From a virus: a stretch of 64,000 nt of DNA. Under the pieces are notes generated by a model. That model was given only the letters and a program-made list of their open reading frames with translations. It searched no databases and was not told where the DNA came from. The stretch covers positions 1,050 to 65,049 of IMG/VR virus record IMGVR_UViG_3300015195_000004. One strand, given 5' to 3'. Shown here piece after piece: positions 8,449 to 19,460 of this stretch; the first letter of the stretch is position 1; each line of letters opens with the position of its first letter. The translations under genes and the position numbers were made by a program.

Positions 8449-10803
8449 CTATAAACTTAACTGAAATGGAATTTTTCTTTGTTCGATTACGCCCGTGTCA
8501 CTCATAAGCATAATCAACAGAACACAAGGCGTAATTTTGCGCTTGATTCCATATACCATCGTCTTAGAGACTGTTGCTCCTGTGTCCCATCCGTAGCGGA
8601 CTGTGGAGGACTGGCCTAATGCTGCTGCGCCAGGCGTCCCAGTACCATAAAGAGCCTGTCCTTGAAATCCAGCAGTTGTAGTACCAAAAAAATCACTCAT
8701 TCCAAATCTACAATTTCCGTAAAGGCTTAATGTTCCTGATGCCCCAGGACCTTGTGTCCAGGTGTCCGAGAATGCTTGGGCGCTGGTGTATGCAGTGATT
8801 CCGTCATGAGTTACCCATGCTGCAGGGCGAAGTAAGGGACGGAAAAATCTACGAGATTCTGCTGTGTCGAACGCTGCACGAAAATCATATCCCTGACAAC
8901 TGGCCCCATAAAGAGAATTTTGGTAGCCTGTAAGGTCCATTACAGTAGCATTGCTTGGCGTAGAGCTATTGCCACTATAAACATTTCCTCCCGTTAATGC
9001 ATTTCCATTAGCTGTTGCTAAAGTAGTTGTGCTGCCAGATACAACATAAGCATCTTCAAGAATATACATTGCCCTGAATATCCACAAATGGCTTTGTATC
9101 CCTGTTTGGATACCAGGAGCTACTGTGTTAATAGCTATTGTTAAATTGCCGCCATTCCATTGTGCTAGAACTGGGTTCAAACTTCCGTCTAAAACTGGTT
9201 GCCCATTCGAGATGACAGACGTGCCACCTATTGATACTGAGGCTAATAATGAAGTCTGCCCAATTCCTGTATTAGGTGTGCTTGGAATAGGTGCCCCTGT
9301 GTAAGCAGAATTACCACTAATATTAGTCTGTGCTTGTTTCTGCTGCTGCAGACGAAGAGTTTGTTTAATATTCTCTCCATCAAATTCCTTAGTAATCTGT
9401 TGAATATAGAAATCCTGATTAACACCAGTTTTGTGTTCTCTAACTGTAACACAGTCTCCAACCTGAAGTAAGGGATTATATAGAATTTCTATTTCTATGA
9501 ATACAGTTGGTGTGCCGCCTTGGAATACCTGTGAAGAAGTTAATCCAGACATGAACATAACTGCTGATCCTGGGTCCATTCCTCCAACAGTTGCTAAGAG
9601 GGCAGAATTTACTTGGTAGTCTGGGAACTGTGAAAATATGTTAATAGAGTCAACACTATAGGAAATAACCTCTATGGGTTGTGAGTTAATGCCCGTAGCA
9701 GAGGCTGTAACAACATTAGTAATATTTTGTGATTGATATTCCACGGGAGCAGAGAGGATGTCCTTTTGATCCACTAAGGTTACAACAGAAGGACCATCAA
9801 TTGCTAATTCCCTGAAGTTTAGGTATCCCAATTCATCAAAGAACAGTTGCCACTCAACTCCTCTAGGAGAGGTACACTTAGCTATAGTTTTGGCAATATC
9901 TAGGATTGAATTGCCTGAGACTGCCTGCATTATAGGAAGCATTGAACCAGAGTTATCAAACTTGAGGAAGTTAGGAGAGAAATTACCGAAGTCACAGAAC
10001 AGATGCTTCAGCATTAGTTCGGGAGCCATCGACAGGGGTCTTACGTCTACAGATACAACAGAGTTGCTAGGAATTGCTGATCCAAAGGTTATAGTGCCTT
10101 TTGGGTAGTTTACGGTGTAGGCTAAAGTAGTTGCTGTATTAGCAGGACTAGCTGCTGTTCCTACATACACTGTTAGGGGAGTAAAATCTGATGCCCAAGC
10201 GGGTGCTGTTGTAGAATCTACCATCCAATTGACGGCATCACATATGTAAGTAGTTAAATCACCAGAAGGATTAGATAATTGATATGCAGAGTTAAAGAAA
10301 CTAGAAGTCTGATTCCCATAAAGACGAGGAGGAAATTGAGTATAAATATCTCCATGAAACATTGCAAAGTTATCTAAGGCGTTAATAGTAGCTTTATTTT
10401 CTCCATTTTGTGACTGCTGATTGAATGCCTGGTTGATGAAGATACCCTCAGGAATGGCAGTTTCTATTCCTGCTCCGTCTACAATGCCGGAATAAATCTG
10501 TAACCTGTTTGCAACCACGCCCGGAAAGAAGTATCGGCCTAAAGAAGAGGTTGGAAGAATTGGTGAGGCTGATCCGTCTTGATTAGAAAATACAACATCT
10601 GCCGAATCACTTCCGGCCTCAAGAATCTTACTGATCCTCATAGAGAGGATATTGTTAAGGATGATTTGTGAGCCAAGCTTACTCTCGTCAACAGTGCCCA
10701 GAACGGGGTCAATTAAAGTAGGGGTCTGACAAAAAACCCATGCTCTGGGTTGTCGAATTGCTGTCCTAAGCAAGCTGGTAAGATTGGCCGAAACTGGCAG
10801 CAT
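8449..10803 (-). CDS. baseplate hub / Tal-like tail protein
   Basis: 784 aa; LFFDELGYLNF and NPLLQVGDCVTV hub-like motifs; position after the distal tail gene. Confidence 0.65.
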   Translation of the reverse strand: MLPVSANLTSLLRTAIRQPRAWVFCQTPTLIDPVLGTVDESKLGSQIILNNILSMRISKILEAGSDSADVVFSNQDGSASPILPTSSLGRYFFPGVVANRLQIYSGIVDGAGIETAIPEGIFINQAFNQQSQNGENKATINALDNFAMFHGDIYTQFPPRLYGNQTSSFFNSAYQLSNPSGDLTTYICDAVNWMVDSTTAPAWASDFTPLTVYVGTAASPANTATTLAYTVNYPKGTITFGSAIPSNSVVSVDVRPLSMAPELMLKHLFCDFGNFSPNFLKFDNSGSMLPIMQAVSGNSILDIAKTIAKCTSPRGVEWQLFFDELGYLNFRELAIDGPSVVTLVDQKDILSAPVEYQSQNITNVVTASATGINSQPIEVISYSVDSINIFSQFPDYQVNSALLATVGGMDPGSAVMFMSGLTSSQVFQGGTPTVFIEIEILYNPLLQVGDCVTVREHKTGVNQDFYIQQITKEFDGENIKQTLRLQQQKQAQTNISGNSAYTGAPIPSTPNTGIGQTSLLASVSIGGTSVISNGQPVLDGSLNPVLAQWNGGNLTIAINTVAPGIQTGIQSHLWIFRAMYILEDAYVVSGSTTTLATANGNALTGGNVYSGNSSTPSNATVMDLTGYQNSLYGASCQGYDFRAAFDTAESRRFFRPLLRPAAWVTHDGITAYTSAQAFSDTWTQGPGASGTLSLYGNCRFGMSDFFGTTTAGFQGQALYGTGTPGAAALGQSSTVRYGWDTGATVSKTMVYGIKRKITPCVLLIMLMSDTGVIEQRKIPFQLSL

Positions 10804-10833
10804 TTGACATTCTCCTCTCTTCTGTGATACTAT
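10804..10833 (+). promoter_or_regulatory. sigma70-type promoter TTGACA-18-TACTAT, leaderless
   Basis: Direct reading; extended -10 TG; ATG 10840 follows 6 nt after the -10 box. Confidence 0.75.
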
Positions 10834-10839
10834 GGCGAT

Positions 10840-11046
10840 ATGAAAAAGGCGTACTTAATTATGATGCATGATTGGTGTGGAGAATACTCTTCTCCTACTT
10901 CTGTAGTTCTATCTCTACATAATGCCGAAGAATTGCAAGAAGAGTATAACCTGTCTGCTGAACTTGATGCCAAAATTGACCATCCTAAAGATTGGCATGA
11001 ATATTGCGATTATTATACAATCCAGGAAGTGCCTTTGTATGATTAA
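10840..11046 (+). CDS. hypothetical protein (68 aa)
   Basis: ORF with own promoter; overlaps the ligase start. Confidence 0.7.
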   Translation: MKKAYLIMMHDWCGEYSSPTSVVLSLHNAEELQEEYNLSAELDAKIDHPKDWHEYCDYYTIQEVPLYD

Positions 11047-11926
11047 ACAGCCAATGCTTGCAGGCAAAGTAGAGGACATAGACAAACTGAAGTTCCCTGT
11101 TCTCGTTACGCCTAAAATAGATGGCATTAGAACGATTACAACGCCCACAGGGCCTGTCTCTCGTACCTTTAAGCCTGTTCCTAACCTTCATATACGAAAG
11201 CTCCTCAGTGCCCTTCCTCAGTGGCTAGACGGAGAGGCTATAATCCCAGAGGCAGAATTCAATGAAGTATCAGGTGCTTGGAGGAATGAACTAGGAGAAC
11301 CCAATTTTATTTACATGATATTTGATTATGTTAGAGATGGAAATGAAGTTCCTTACCATGAGAGGATGCAGGATTTGCAAAAACTATGCTTGGCACAAAA
11401 AGGTCACACATTTGTTACTTTATTGTTGCCGGAAATTGTAAACAACAGAGAAGAGTTACTCATAGCCGAAGAGGCTTATCTTGCTTCAGGTTATGAAGGG
11501 CTGATGCTTCGTTCACCTGATGGTCCTTACAAGTTTGGACGGTCAACCTTTAAAGAGGGCTACTTGCTGAAACTTAAACGATTTAATGACTGCGAAGCGG
11601 TAGTTGTAGGCTTTGAAGAACTGATGCATAACGAGAATCCAAAAGAAGAAGATGCCTTCGGCAGAAGCAAAAGAAGCGGGCACTCCGAGAATAAAACAGG
11701 AACAAATAGACTTGGTTCTTTAATATGCAGAGGACTTAATGAATGGAAAGGTGTAGAATTTAACATTGGAACAGGATTTGACCAGAAGACTAGAGAAGAA
11801 ATCTGGCAAAGAAAGAACCTTTATGAAGGCCTACACGTATCATTTACATATCAAAAAGGAACAGAAATCACAGATAGGCCTAGATTCCCTGTATTTAGAG
11901 GCTTTCGGGCAAAGGAAGATATATGA
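11039..11926 (+). CDS. lig: ATP-dependent DNA ligase (minimal viral type)
   Basis: PMLA, TPKIDGIR (KxDG), LDGE, EGLMLR, LLKLKRF, PRFPVF motifs. Confidence 0.92.
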   Translation: MIKQPMLAGKVEDIDKLKFPVLVTPKIDGIRTITTPTGPVSRTFKPVPNLHIRKLLSALPQWLDGEAIIPEAEFNEVSGAWRNELGEPNFIYMIFDYVRDGNEVPYHERMQDLQKLCLAQKGHTFVTLLLPEIVNNREELLIAEEAYLASGYEGLMLRSPDGPYKFGRSTFKEGYLLKLKRFNDCEAVVVGFEELMHNENPKEEDAFGRSKRSGHSENKTGTNRLGSLICRGLNEWKGVEFNIGTGFDQKTREEIWQRKNLYEGLHVSFTYQKGTEITDRPRFPVFRGFRAKEDI

Positions 11927-12278
11927 AACTTGATGAATTCGTTAAAGCAGAAACACAAAAACTTGCAGACTTCTATTACTGGTATCAGTTGAGTGGGGAG
12001 GAAGACCTGTTCAAGAATCCTAATGGACATGCAAAATACCCCGCAGTGATGGCATCTTATGAATGGGCAGCTATGTTGAGAGTGTATAAGGCTAAGAATA
12101 AATGAAAGTACTATTTGCTATATATTTCCTACATAACCAGCATTTTGGACTCATAGACGAAAGAATGTGGCATAATTTATATAAACAAGGATTATGTATA
12201 GAAGTATATGCTAGTCGTAGTGCTTATGTACAAACTTCTAAAGAGAATAGCCCAATAATGATTTGTGAACTTAAATAA
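11923..12278 (+). CDS. two small hypothetical proteins (11923-12105, 12102-12278)
   Basis: ATGA stop/start overlaps; manual translation. Confidence 0.6.
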
Positions 12279-13124
12279 CTAAGTCCCCTGAATCCACAAA
12301 CTGCCGCCCCAATATCCTGGGAAGGCGGTACCGTATGTAGGAGGGTTCTCCGTATTATAGGCCACATAATTATTCCATAATGTAAAGCTGGAGGGCAGGT
12401 CCTGCGGAAAGCCACTTAAAACTTCAGTCAATAAAGTAGCCGTAGTAGGGGTGTTTGCAACTGCCCAGTATATTCTTAATTTAGAAAAATATAAACTGCT
12501 AGGTGGGGTCCAGGTCAAGTTATAGGCAACATTTGCAGAAGAGGTATGAATGTGGGTAACTGTGCCCACAACGGATTCGCTTGTAGCACTTCTTGACGTA
12601 AAGACTGTGCTCCAAAGATAGAGGTCTTGCGCCGTAGGAATGAACCCGGCTGATCCAGAAAGTGTGGCTGTTATGGTTGGGGCTACTAGGGTATTTAGTG
12701 GTGTCCCTGTTCCAGAATAGGGCGAAATCACAAGAAAACTTGCCTGAACTGCCCAAATGTTACGGGTAAATCCTGCAAGCTGTTCACAGGAATCAATACA
12801 CAGGACGCCCAAGTAACCAGTATTATTTTGGTCAATCATTACGATTGGGCTAATCTGAGTAAACGGCACTAGTAGCTGAAGCTGAGAGTAGTCAAGTTGG
12901 TTCCAACTGATACTGACCTCGGAAACCGGCCCCTCGAAGGCCCCAGTCAAAATTGCTGTGGAATTTGTTGTGGCTACGTATTTTCTTAAATTTGCAGGTT
13001 TTCTCTTAACGGTGATTGGGTTAAGGTTTACGGTGAAAGTATTACCAGTATTAGAAGGATCAAAAAAGGTGTAATAATTTACGGCACCTAGTGTAGTTGG
13101 AAAAATCTGATTGAGAGTTGCCAC
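12279..13124 (-). CDS. distal tail (Dit-like) protein with FN3-like C-terminus
   Basis: First gene after the tape measure protein; 281 aa. Confidence 0.6.
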   Translation of the reverse strand: MATLNQIFPTTLGAVNYYTFFDPSNTGNTFTVNLNPITVKRKPANLRKYVATTNSTAILTGAFEGPVSEVSISWNQLDYSQLQLLVPFTQISPIVMIDQNNTGYLGVLCIDSCEQLAGFTRNIWAVQASFLVISPYSGTGTPLNTLVAPTITATLSGSAGFIPTAQDLYLWSTVFTSRSATSESVVGTVTHIHTSSANVAYNLTWTPPSSLYFSKLRIYWAVANTPTTATLLTEVLSGFPQDLPSSFTLWNNYVAYNTENPPTYGTAFPGYWGGSLWIQGT

Positions 13125-13187
13125 AATTATTGTATCCTTTCTTCTTTATCTTACGTCATATAAGACCCTATTTTAGAGACAAGATAC

Positions 13188-16100
13188 CTATGAAACGTAC
13201 TGGTATCCACTGTTATTTGCCCGAATATTGTATGCTTGTGTTGATTTAGCTATTGTTTTGCCATCCAACTGGGTAGTTGTATTAAGTAGTATAGGTTGTG
13301 TACTTCTAGCTGCTGTATTAACTGTTGCAGTGGGTGTTACAGTGCCGGAATTAGCATAGTTAGCTGGGTTAGCTGCTGAACCGGGAGTATTATAAGAGCC
13401 TGGCATACTAGCCATTCCAGTACCATATTGATTAAATACTACTAATGAAGCAGCACCGGCATTAAGTCCTCCATTAAAGGCCACTAAACTTTGAGTAGTA
13501 TTATCTACTGAAGTTAATAAGTCTTTCCAATTCTGTGTAGAACCGGCAATTACCTTACCTGAAGCATCAGTTAGCCCCTGTTGTCCGTTGTGCAGTTTAG
13601 AGAGGCCTGTAGCTGATCCTCCAGCCGTCTGGGCATTGGCCGTGTTCCATAGGTCCAATGAGGCTCCTGAGAGGCCTGAGCCCCCCGGATGAGCCTTTAC
13701 AAACTTGTCTATGTACTGTAGTTCTGATCCGCCTAACCCTTGTTTTAGAGTAGCGTCCTCTAATACATTACCATTAGCTTGGGTATAGGATTTGCCCGCC
13801 ACATTAGCTGCTCCTTGAGCATATCCTGAACCGGCAATTTGATCCGGGGTTAATGTAGCATTCTTCTTAGGACCAAAGAGCCCACCAAGCATTCCGCCTA
13901 AAGCAGAACCAATAGATGCCCCTACAGGGCCTCCAAAGGCCATTCCTGCTCCGCCGCCAATGAGAGAACCTATACCAGAATCTGCAGATGTACCAAAGGC
14001 ATTAATGATATTACCAGCAGTTCCTATGTAGCTTCCAGTAGTACCTGCTCCGCCTTTTAGACTACCACCTGCTATAGATAATGCATTTCCTAGAGGAGTT
14101 TTACTCATTCCTAATCCCAGGGCTGTACCAATTCCTGCTACTCCACCTAAGGCTTTGACGGCATTCTCTACTCCACTGCCACCCCCTAAGTTCTGGCCTG
14201 TTAAAGCAGAATTACTAATAGAAGCTGAATAAGCTATAGAACCGTTAATAGGTCCTCCAGGAAACGACCCGCCGCCAGTTAGAGAACTAGTGCTTCCTCC
14301 AAAGTCAGCAACAGCCTGCACAAAGTTATTAACATTATTAGTTAAATCAACTTTATTACTATCTACATAATCCTGTAAAGCTTTATTAGTTTCCTTTTGT
14401 GCTGTATCCTGCCCGCCAATAGAACCTAATAAACTACCCTGTAGCTGCTTAATATAATTCTTAACATAGTCTTGGCTAATAGCCTGCATAGTGCCAGCTA
14501 AGAATCCTGGGTTAGCTAATTTATCTTTTTGTATCTGTGCTAGCTTTTGTTCTGCAGTAATCTTCTGCTGTATCTGAATTAGTGCCAATTTTTCATTAGC
14601 ACTTTGCATAGCTGAATGAGTGTTACTAAGACTATACATCTCTTCTTGGATAGTTTTCTGTTGATCTAAGGCAGAGATAGTTTGGTTAATTACATCAATG
14701 TTGGTGTTTCTTTTATTCTCACCAAACATAGAATTATTAATGCTTTTCTCAAGTGACTTACCAATGAAGTCAAACCCGGCACTAACCGCTTTGTACCAAT
14801 CAGAGGACTGAAGGGCATCTAACTTCTCTTTAAACTGATCTACTGAATAACCTACTGATATTACTTCATCATTTAGCCCATGAAGTTGATTAGCTTGTTG
14901 AGTTAGTGCAGTATTACCAGCAGTTTCAATAAGTTGATCTTTATATCTAAGTTGTTCATCCTTAAGTTCACGGATTAGCTTAATCTGGTCTGTAAGGGCC
15001 TGTGTGCTCTTAGAGCTACCAGCGCCTTTACCAAATGATAATAAAGTATCTAAGCCCTTTTGCTGCGCTTCATAAGTTCCCTTAGTCATTGATTCGCCAA
15101 GAGACTTAGCAAATTTTGTAGAAGAGTTTTCGGCAGCATCTGCCTTTTCTTTAGTACTTACATACGTATCATTAATTCTCTGTAATTCTTGTTCATACTT
15201 TACACTACCTATAAGAGCTACGGGCCATTGTGACAAAGAAGCCATAGCTGCTTTTCTATCAGACTCAGCACGATTTTCCATCTTACCAGATAGTGCGGAT
15301 TTTCCGCCAGAGGATTTAGAATCACCAAACTGCTTGTCTAGTTGAGAGAACGCAACAGACTGCGACTTAAGGAGTCCATCAAGATTTGTACTAGCTAAGG
15401 TTTCTTTAAATTGTAGAGCATCATCACTAATACCAGACATGTCCTTTTTAAGATTACTAATTTCAAGTCTAATACGTCTAGCTTCTGATTCAGCCTGATA
15501 ATATTCGTTTAAGAATCCTTTTCCTTCTGTTGTTCCAAGTCCTGCGGCACTAGCTTTAGACTTATAAGAATCTGCAAGAGCCTTAAATTGGCCTTCTTGA
15601 CCTGATAAGCTTCGTATCTCTGCAGTATCAAGTCTGCCCTTTTCTTGGAGGTCTTTAAGAAGGGGCTTAAGAGTTTCTGAAGTAAGCCCGAAAGTTTGGA
15701 TTTTCTTTTTATCACTTGCAACAGACTCCTCTATAAGATTTTTATTCTCACTTATCTGTTCGTTATAGTCCTGATATTTATTCTTGAGGTCTGATAAGGC
15801 TTCTCCAGCTAAGGCATAGTCTTTAAGTTGTCCAGCCCCGCCTTTATTATCAACAAGATTCCCACCATTTTGTGGATTATTTTTGTTCATAAGTGAGAGT
15901 ATTCTTGCTTGTGCCGAGGTTAATCTATCTTTTAGTTTAGGATCATATGTATTGCCAATATTTTGAACGGCAAGTGTCGCCTCTTGTCCTTGTAAATAAC
16001 CCGGAACATCGGCAGGAGCACCAAACTGAGTTTGTTTGCTAGTTAAAAATGCTGCTTTATTAACAAATTCTCTTGTTTCGGTCTGTGTTTTGCCTTTTTG

Positions 16101-18356
16101 GTCTTGATATTTTCTAGTTGCCCAAACAGGACCACTATTCTGTGCTGCTACTACTTTACCAAGGTCTTCTGAAGTACTATCTAGTATAGCCTGTCTAGCA
16201 TCTAAACTAGCTAATTCTTGATTATAATCTTTTACAGCCTGAGCCTGTTTATCAGGACTTCTTATATCCCAAGCTCCTGGTTGTTGGGCCTTCAAATTGG
16301 CCCTTTCGGCTAATAACTTGTCTTGAGCAAAGCTAAACGACATAAGTTTAGCCGCATTAGATGCCGCCTCACCCATACCAGCTAACATCGGTATTACAGA
16401 AGAGGCTGTATATTGGACAAAGGATTGCAGCATAGGAAGCATTCCCTGTCCTACAGCTATTTCTAAGCCTTCCCAAGCCGCTTCAGTCTTTGCTAATTCA
16501 ACTTGATAAGTCCCCTGCATGTCCAGTGCAAGCTGATCTTCCAGTCCCATATTCTTTGTTATCTCTGTTTGCATCTTTTTTGCATCAGAGAGATTCTCAA
16601 GAATTGCTATTAGAGCTTGGTACTGCCTAGCGCCAGTTAAATGTACTGCTAAGTCATTTCTTTGTGCAGTTGTTAACTTCTCATATGTGGCGGCAAGCTG
16701 ATCCAGTACAGTTTTTTCCTGACCAGGGCCTTGAGCGGTAGTTAATTTTGATACATCAATACCTTGTAGAGCCAAAGATTTATTTTTAGAGGGATCAGAC
16801 AGCCCAGCTAATCCCCCAGCTAATCGGCCTATCTTTTCTGCAGCTTCTTCAGCAGCGGGTCCTGTGTTACCAAAAGACCTAATTAAACTTTGATTTAGTG
16901 CTACGGTTTGTAAAGTATTAAATCCTAAAGACTTTAAAGCAGCAGAATCTTTCTCTAATGACTTAACTAAAATGTCAGCACTATTTGCAGAACTTCCCAT
17001 TGCTTCGCCATTTTTAGCTATGTTATGCAATCCTGCGCCTGCCGAGACGGCAGCAGCGGTTATCATCTCTAAAAGTTCGTGGGTGTGGCTAAGGTTAAAT
17101 ACTGTCTTTTCGTCTCCAAGACCTAACTTTTCTCCAGTTAGCTGAGAACCTAAAGCAGTTAAGGTCCTATAAGTGTCTTCTAATTGAGTACCTGTGGCAT
17201 TTTGAAATTCTAATGCCTGGGCTGTCATGTAAGAAGCAGTTCCTATGTCACCTGTACGCTTATACCAAAGAGCTAAGTCTTGAGCAGTATCATTTACGTT
17301 ATCACCATATTGAGATGCTAAAGCTATTGATTTTGTTAATATGTCATTCTGGGTAGTATTATCTACAGTCTGGCCTGCATTTGTACGCGATTGCTGATAA
17401 GCCCCAAATAATACTCCCTGTACCTGAAATTCAGATGCAGCTTTTAATGATTTCTCAAATGTTTGTGCTGCTACTGATGCTACCTCAAAGACTGCTCCTA
17501 AAGCAATCCAAGATACCATCATACGACCCATATAACCTAATTCTTTTTCTAAGGCACTAGGTCTAGCACGAAGCATTATCCCCTGAGATTCAAGAAGGGC
17601 ATTAATTTCCTTTAGCTCAGACTTCTCCATGTTATTAGTCATGCCGAAGCCGGATAACCCACCCTGCTGTTCTACCTGAGACTTAAGTTGTCTGGCGTAA
17701 GACTCTCTATCAGCTAAGGACTTACGCATTGCAGCTTCTTCGTTAGATGAAGCCTGATTAAACATTCCTCCGTACATTCCCGTTTGAGCAGATCGCGCAG
17801 ATAGTCCTGCCTGTCCTTGGTAGTTAGGAATAAGTTTAGAAAGCTGTGCCTCATTGTGCGAGGCATTCATTGCAGCTAAGTTAGCTACTCTACCAGCTTC
17901 AGCAGCCTGTACTTTAGCAGCAGCTAAGGCTTGGTATGCTCTTATAGAAACGTAAGCATTTATACTATCTTGTTCTGCTTGCCTTGCACCCAAGGCTGTC
18001 TGTTTATTAACTTCAGTTTGCCAAACAGCAGTTGATTTAAGTAGTGCCTGCTGTTTCTTAAGTTCTGCCTGCTCAGTCTTAGTGGCGGCATTGACTTCAG
18101 CATCTACTGACCTTTGGAGATTTGATACGACGGCATTGACCTGTTTAATAAGTGCAGCCTGAGTTTTTAAGGCATTAGCTTCTATAGATTCAGCAGAGGT
18201 TTTAGAGGCTTTGGAAATTTTCTCGAAAGAAGTAGTAAGTCCTGAGATATTATTAACCCCAAGAGATTTTAACGATTTTTCTATTTTGGAGAATTGAGCT
18301 AATACATCATCAACATTAACGGAAAGATTGATTAACGCATCATTACCTTCAGCCAT
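13188..18356 (-). CDS. tape measure protein
   Basis: 1722 aa, Ala/Gly/Lys-rich helical, Gly-rich hydrophobic repeats near the C-terminus; follows the chaperone genes. Confidence 0.9.
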   Translation of the reverse strand: MAEGNDALINLSVNVDDVLAQFSKIEKSLKSLGVNNISGLTTSFEKISKASKTSAESIEANALKTQAALIKQVNAVVSNLQRSVDAEVNAATKTEQAELKKQQALLKSTAVWQTEVNKQTALGARQAEQDSINAYVSIRAYQALAAAKVQAAEAGRVANLAAMNASHNEAQLSKLIPNYQGQAGLSARSAQTGMYGGMFNQASSNEEAAMRKSLADRESYARQLKSQVEQQGGLSGFGMTNNMEKSELKEINALLESQGIMLRARPSALEKELGYMGRMMVSWIALGAVFEVASVAAQTFEKSLKAASEFQVQGVLFGAYQQSRTNAGQTVDNTTQNDILTKSIALASQYGDNVNDTAQDLALWYKRTGDIGTASYMTAQALEFQNATGTQLEDTYRTLTALGSQLTGEKLGLGDEKTVFNLSHTHELLEMITAAAVSAGAGLHNIAKNGEAMGSSANSADILVKSLEKDSAALKSLGFNTLQTVALNQSLIRSFGNTGPAAEEAAEKIGRLAGGLAGLSDPSKNKSLALQGIDVSKLTTAQGPGQEKTVLDQLAATYEKLTTAQRNDLAVHLTGARQYQALIAILENLSDAKKMQTEITKNMGLEDQLALDMQGTYQVELAKTEAAWEGLEIAVGQGMLPMLQSFVQYTASSVIPMLAGMGEAASNAAKLMSFSFAQDKLLAERANLKAQQPGAWDIRSPDKQAQAVKDYNQELASLDARQAILDSTSEDLGKVVAAQNSGPVWATRKYQDQKGKTQTETREFVNKAAFLTSKQTQFGAPADVPGYLQGQEATLAVQNIGNTYDPKLKDRLTSAQARILSLMNKNNPQNGGNLVDNKGGAGQLKDYALAGEALSDLKNKYQDYNEQISENKNLIEESVASDKKKIQTFGLTSETLKPLLKDLQEKGRLDTAEIRSLSGQEGQFKALADSYKSKASAAGLGTTEGKGFLNEYYQAESEARRIRLEISNLKKDMSGISDDALQFKETLASTNLDGLLKSQSVAFSQLDKQFGDSKSSGGKSALSGKMENRAESDRKAAMASLSQWPVALIGSVKYEQELQRINDTYVSTKEKADAAENSSTKFAKSLGESMTKGTYEAQQKGLDTLLSFGKGAGSSKSTQALTDQIKLIRELKDEQLRYKDQLIETAGNTALTQQANQLHGLNDEVISVGYSVDQFKEKLDALQSSDWYKAVSAGFDFIGKSLEKSINNSMFGENKRNTNIDVINQTISALDQQKTIQEEMYSLSNTHSAMQSANEKLALIQIQQKITAEQKLAQIQKDKLANPGFLAGTMQAISQDYVKNYIKQLQGSLLGSIGGQDTAQKETNKALQDYVDSNKVDLTNNVNNFVQAVADFGGSTSSLTGGGSFPGGPINGSIAYSASISNSALTGQNLGGGSGVENAVKALGGVAGIGTALGLGMSKTPLGNALSIAGGSLKGGAGTTGSYIGTAGNIINAFGTSADSGIGSLIGGGAGMAFGGPVGASIGSALGGMLGGLFGPKKNATLTPDQIAGSGYAQGAANVAGKSYTQANGNVLEDATLKQGLGGSELQYIDKFVKAHPGGSGLSGASLDLWNTANAQTAGGSATGLSKLHNGQQGLTDASGKVIAGSTQNWKDLLTSVDNTTQSLVAFNGGLNAGAASLVVFNQYGTGMASMPGSYNTPGSAANPANYANSGTVTPTATVNTAARSTQPILLNTTTQLDGKTIAKSTQAYNIRANNSGYQYVS

Positions 18357-18389
18357 ATATAATTCTCCTTAGTATAGTAAACAAAAATA

Positions 18390-18433
18390 AGGACTGCCGC
18401 AAATATATCAAATGATACACTAATGACAGTCCT
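18390..18433 (-). terminator. hairpin (AGGACTG/CAGTCCT) with T-rich tail upstream of the TMP gene
   Basis: Perfect 7-bp inverted repeat followed by TATTTTT on the minus strand. Confidence 0.5.
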
Positions 18434-18438
18434 CTCTT

Positions 18439-19436
18439 CTATCTCTGCAGATTTGGATTGGAATAGTTAAATCGCTCAATTCCTTGAGGACCAACACCAT
18501 TCTCTTCCTGATCTTTTCTTTTCTTCTTGGTTTCACGATCACTCACCCAAGCAGCAAGTGAACTGTATAGTTCTTCATCCCAAGCGAGGTCTTCTTCTGG
18601 AGTATATCTTTGACGATAGCCTTCAAGAAGTTCTCTAGTTGGTTGTTCATTATAAGGTATGTTCGCGATAGCTTCACTTAACCCCGCTCTATTACATACC
18701 ATATATAAAGTATCAATAACTGCCGGGTCTTGTTCTAGTAGCCATAGGAGCCCCTGTACGCCGCCCCCATATCGTTTTGTGAGAGTGTCTGCCTTACGAA
18801 GCGTTAGGCTGGCAGAGAGACTTTTGGGCTTAGTAAGCCTTCTGTAACTGCCTTATCAGCAGATGTAAGAAGAACTACTAGGTCATTAAATTCCAATTCA
18901 GAGGCATCTTTTATGTCTTTAAATACTACATTCTTTTCTACATCATGTATAATATAAGCAGCAGTCTGTCTAGCAGTTGTTTCTGAGGCTCTATTAGACG
19001 CATAGAAGTGGGCTCTACGGGCATAGGCGAGGTTTCGTAAGTCCTCTAAGGGCAGAAGTACTAATTCTTCCTTCTTAGCCTCTAGGAGCTTTTCTAGGTC
19101 ATTCTGCACTTCTATACTATCAACTGATTTCCCGTCATTCATTGCAAGCGCATCAGGAACTAAATCGTTCTTGTCTGCCTGAGCAACGTAAGAGGCAAGG
19201 GTCTTAGCATCAGAGCGTTTAATCTGTGTAAAAATGGCACCAGTGTCAACTGATGTATCATCATACTTTAATCGTACTTCAGAGTATGTCTCTTCCCAAA
19301 GGTCTGAAATACTTTGACTCTCAGCTAGTGAGAGCTTGCGAGCTAGGAACGAAAAATCCTGCCCATTAATTGTTGAGGTAAAGGGTACGTAGGGGCGGCT
19401 TGCAGCGATTAACAAGTCCAAGATACTACTTGACAT
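18439..19436 (-). CDS. tail assembly chaperone pair (lambda gpG/gpGT-like) with -1 frameshift at C CCA AAA (18822-18828)
   Basis: The heptamer sits in X XXY YYZ phase 4 codons before the stop at 18804; the -1 frame is open into ORF 18439-18702. Confidence 0.8.
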
Positions 19437-19460
19437 AATAATCTCCTAATCTATTCTGTT

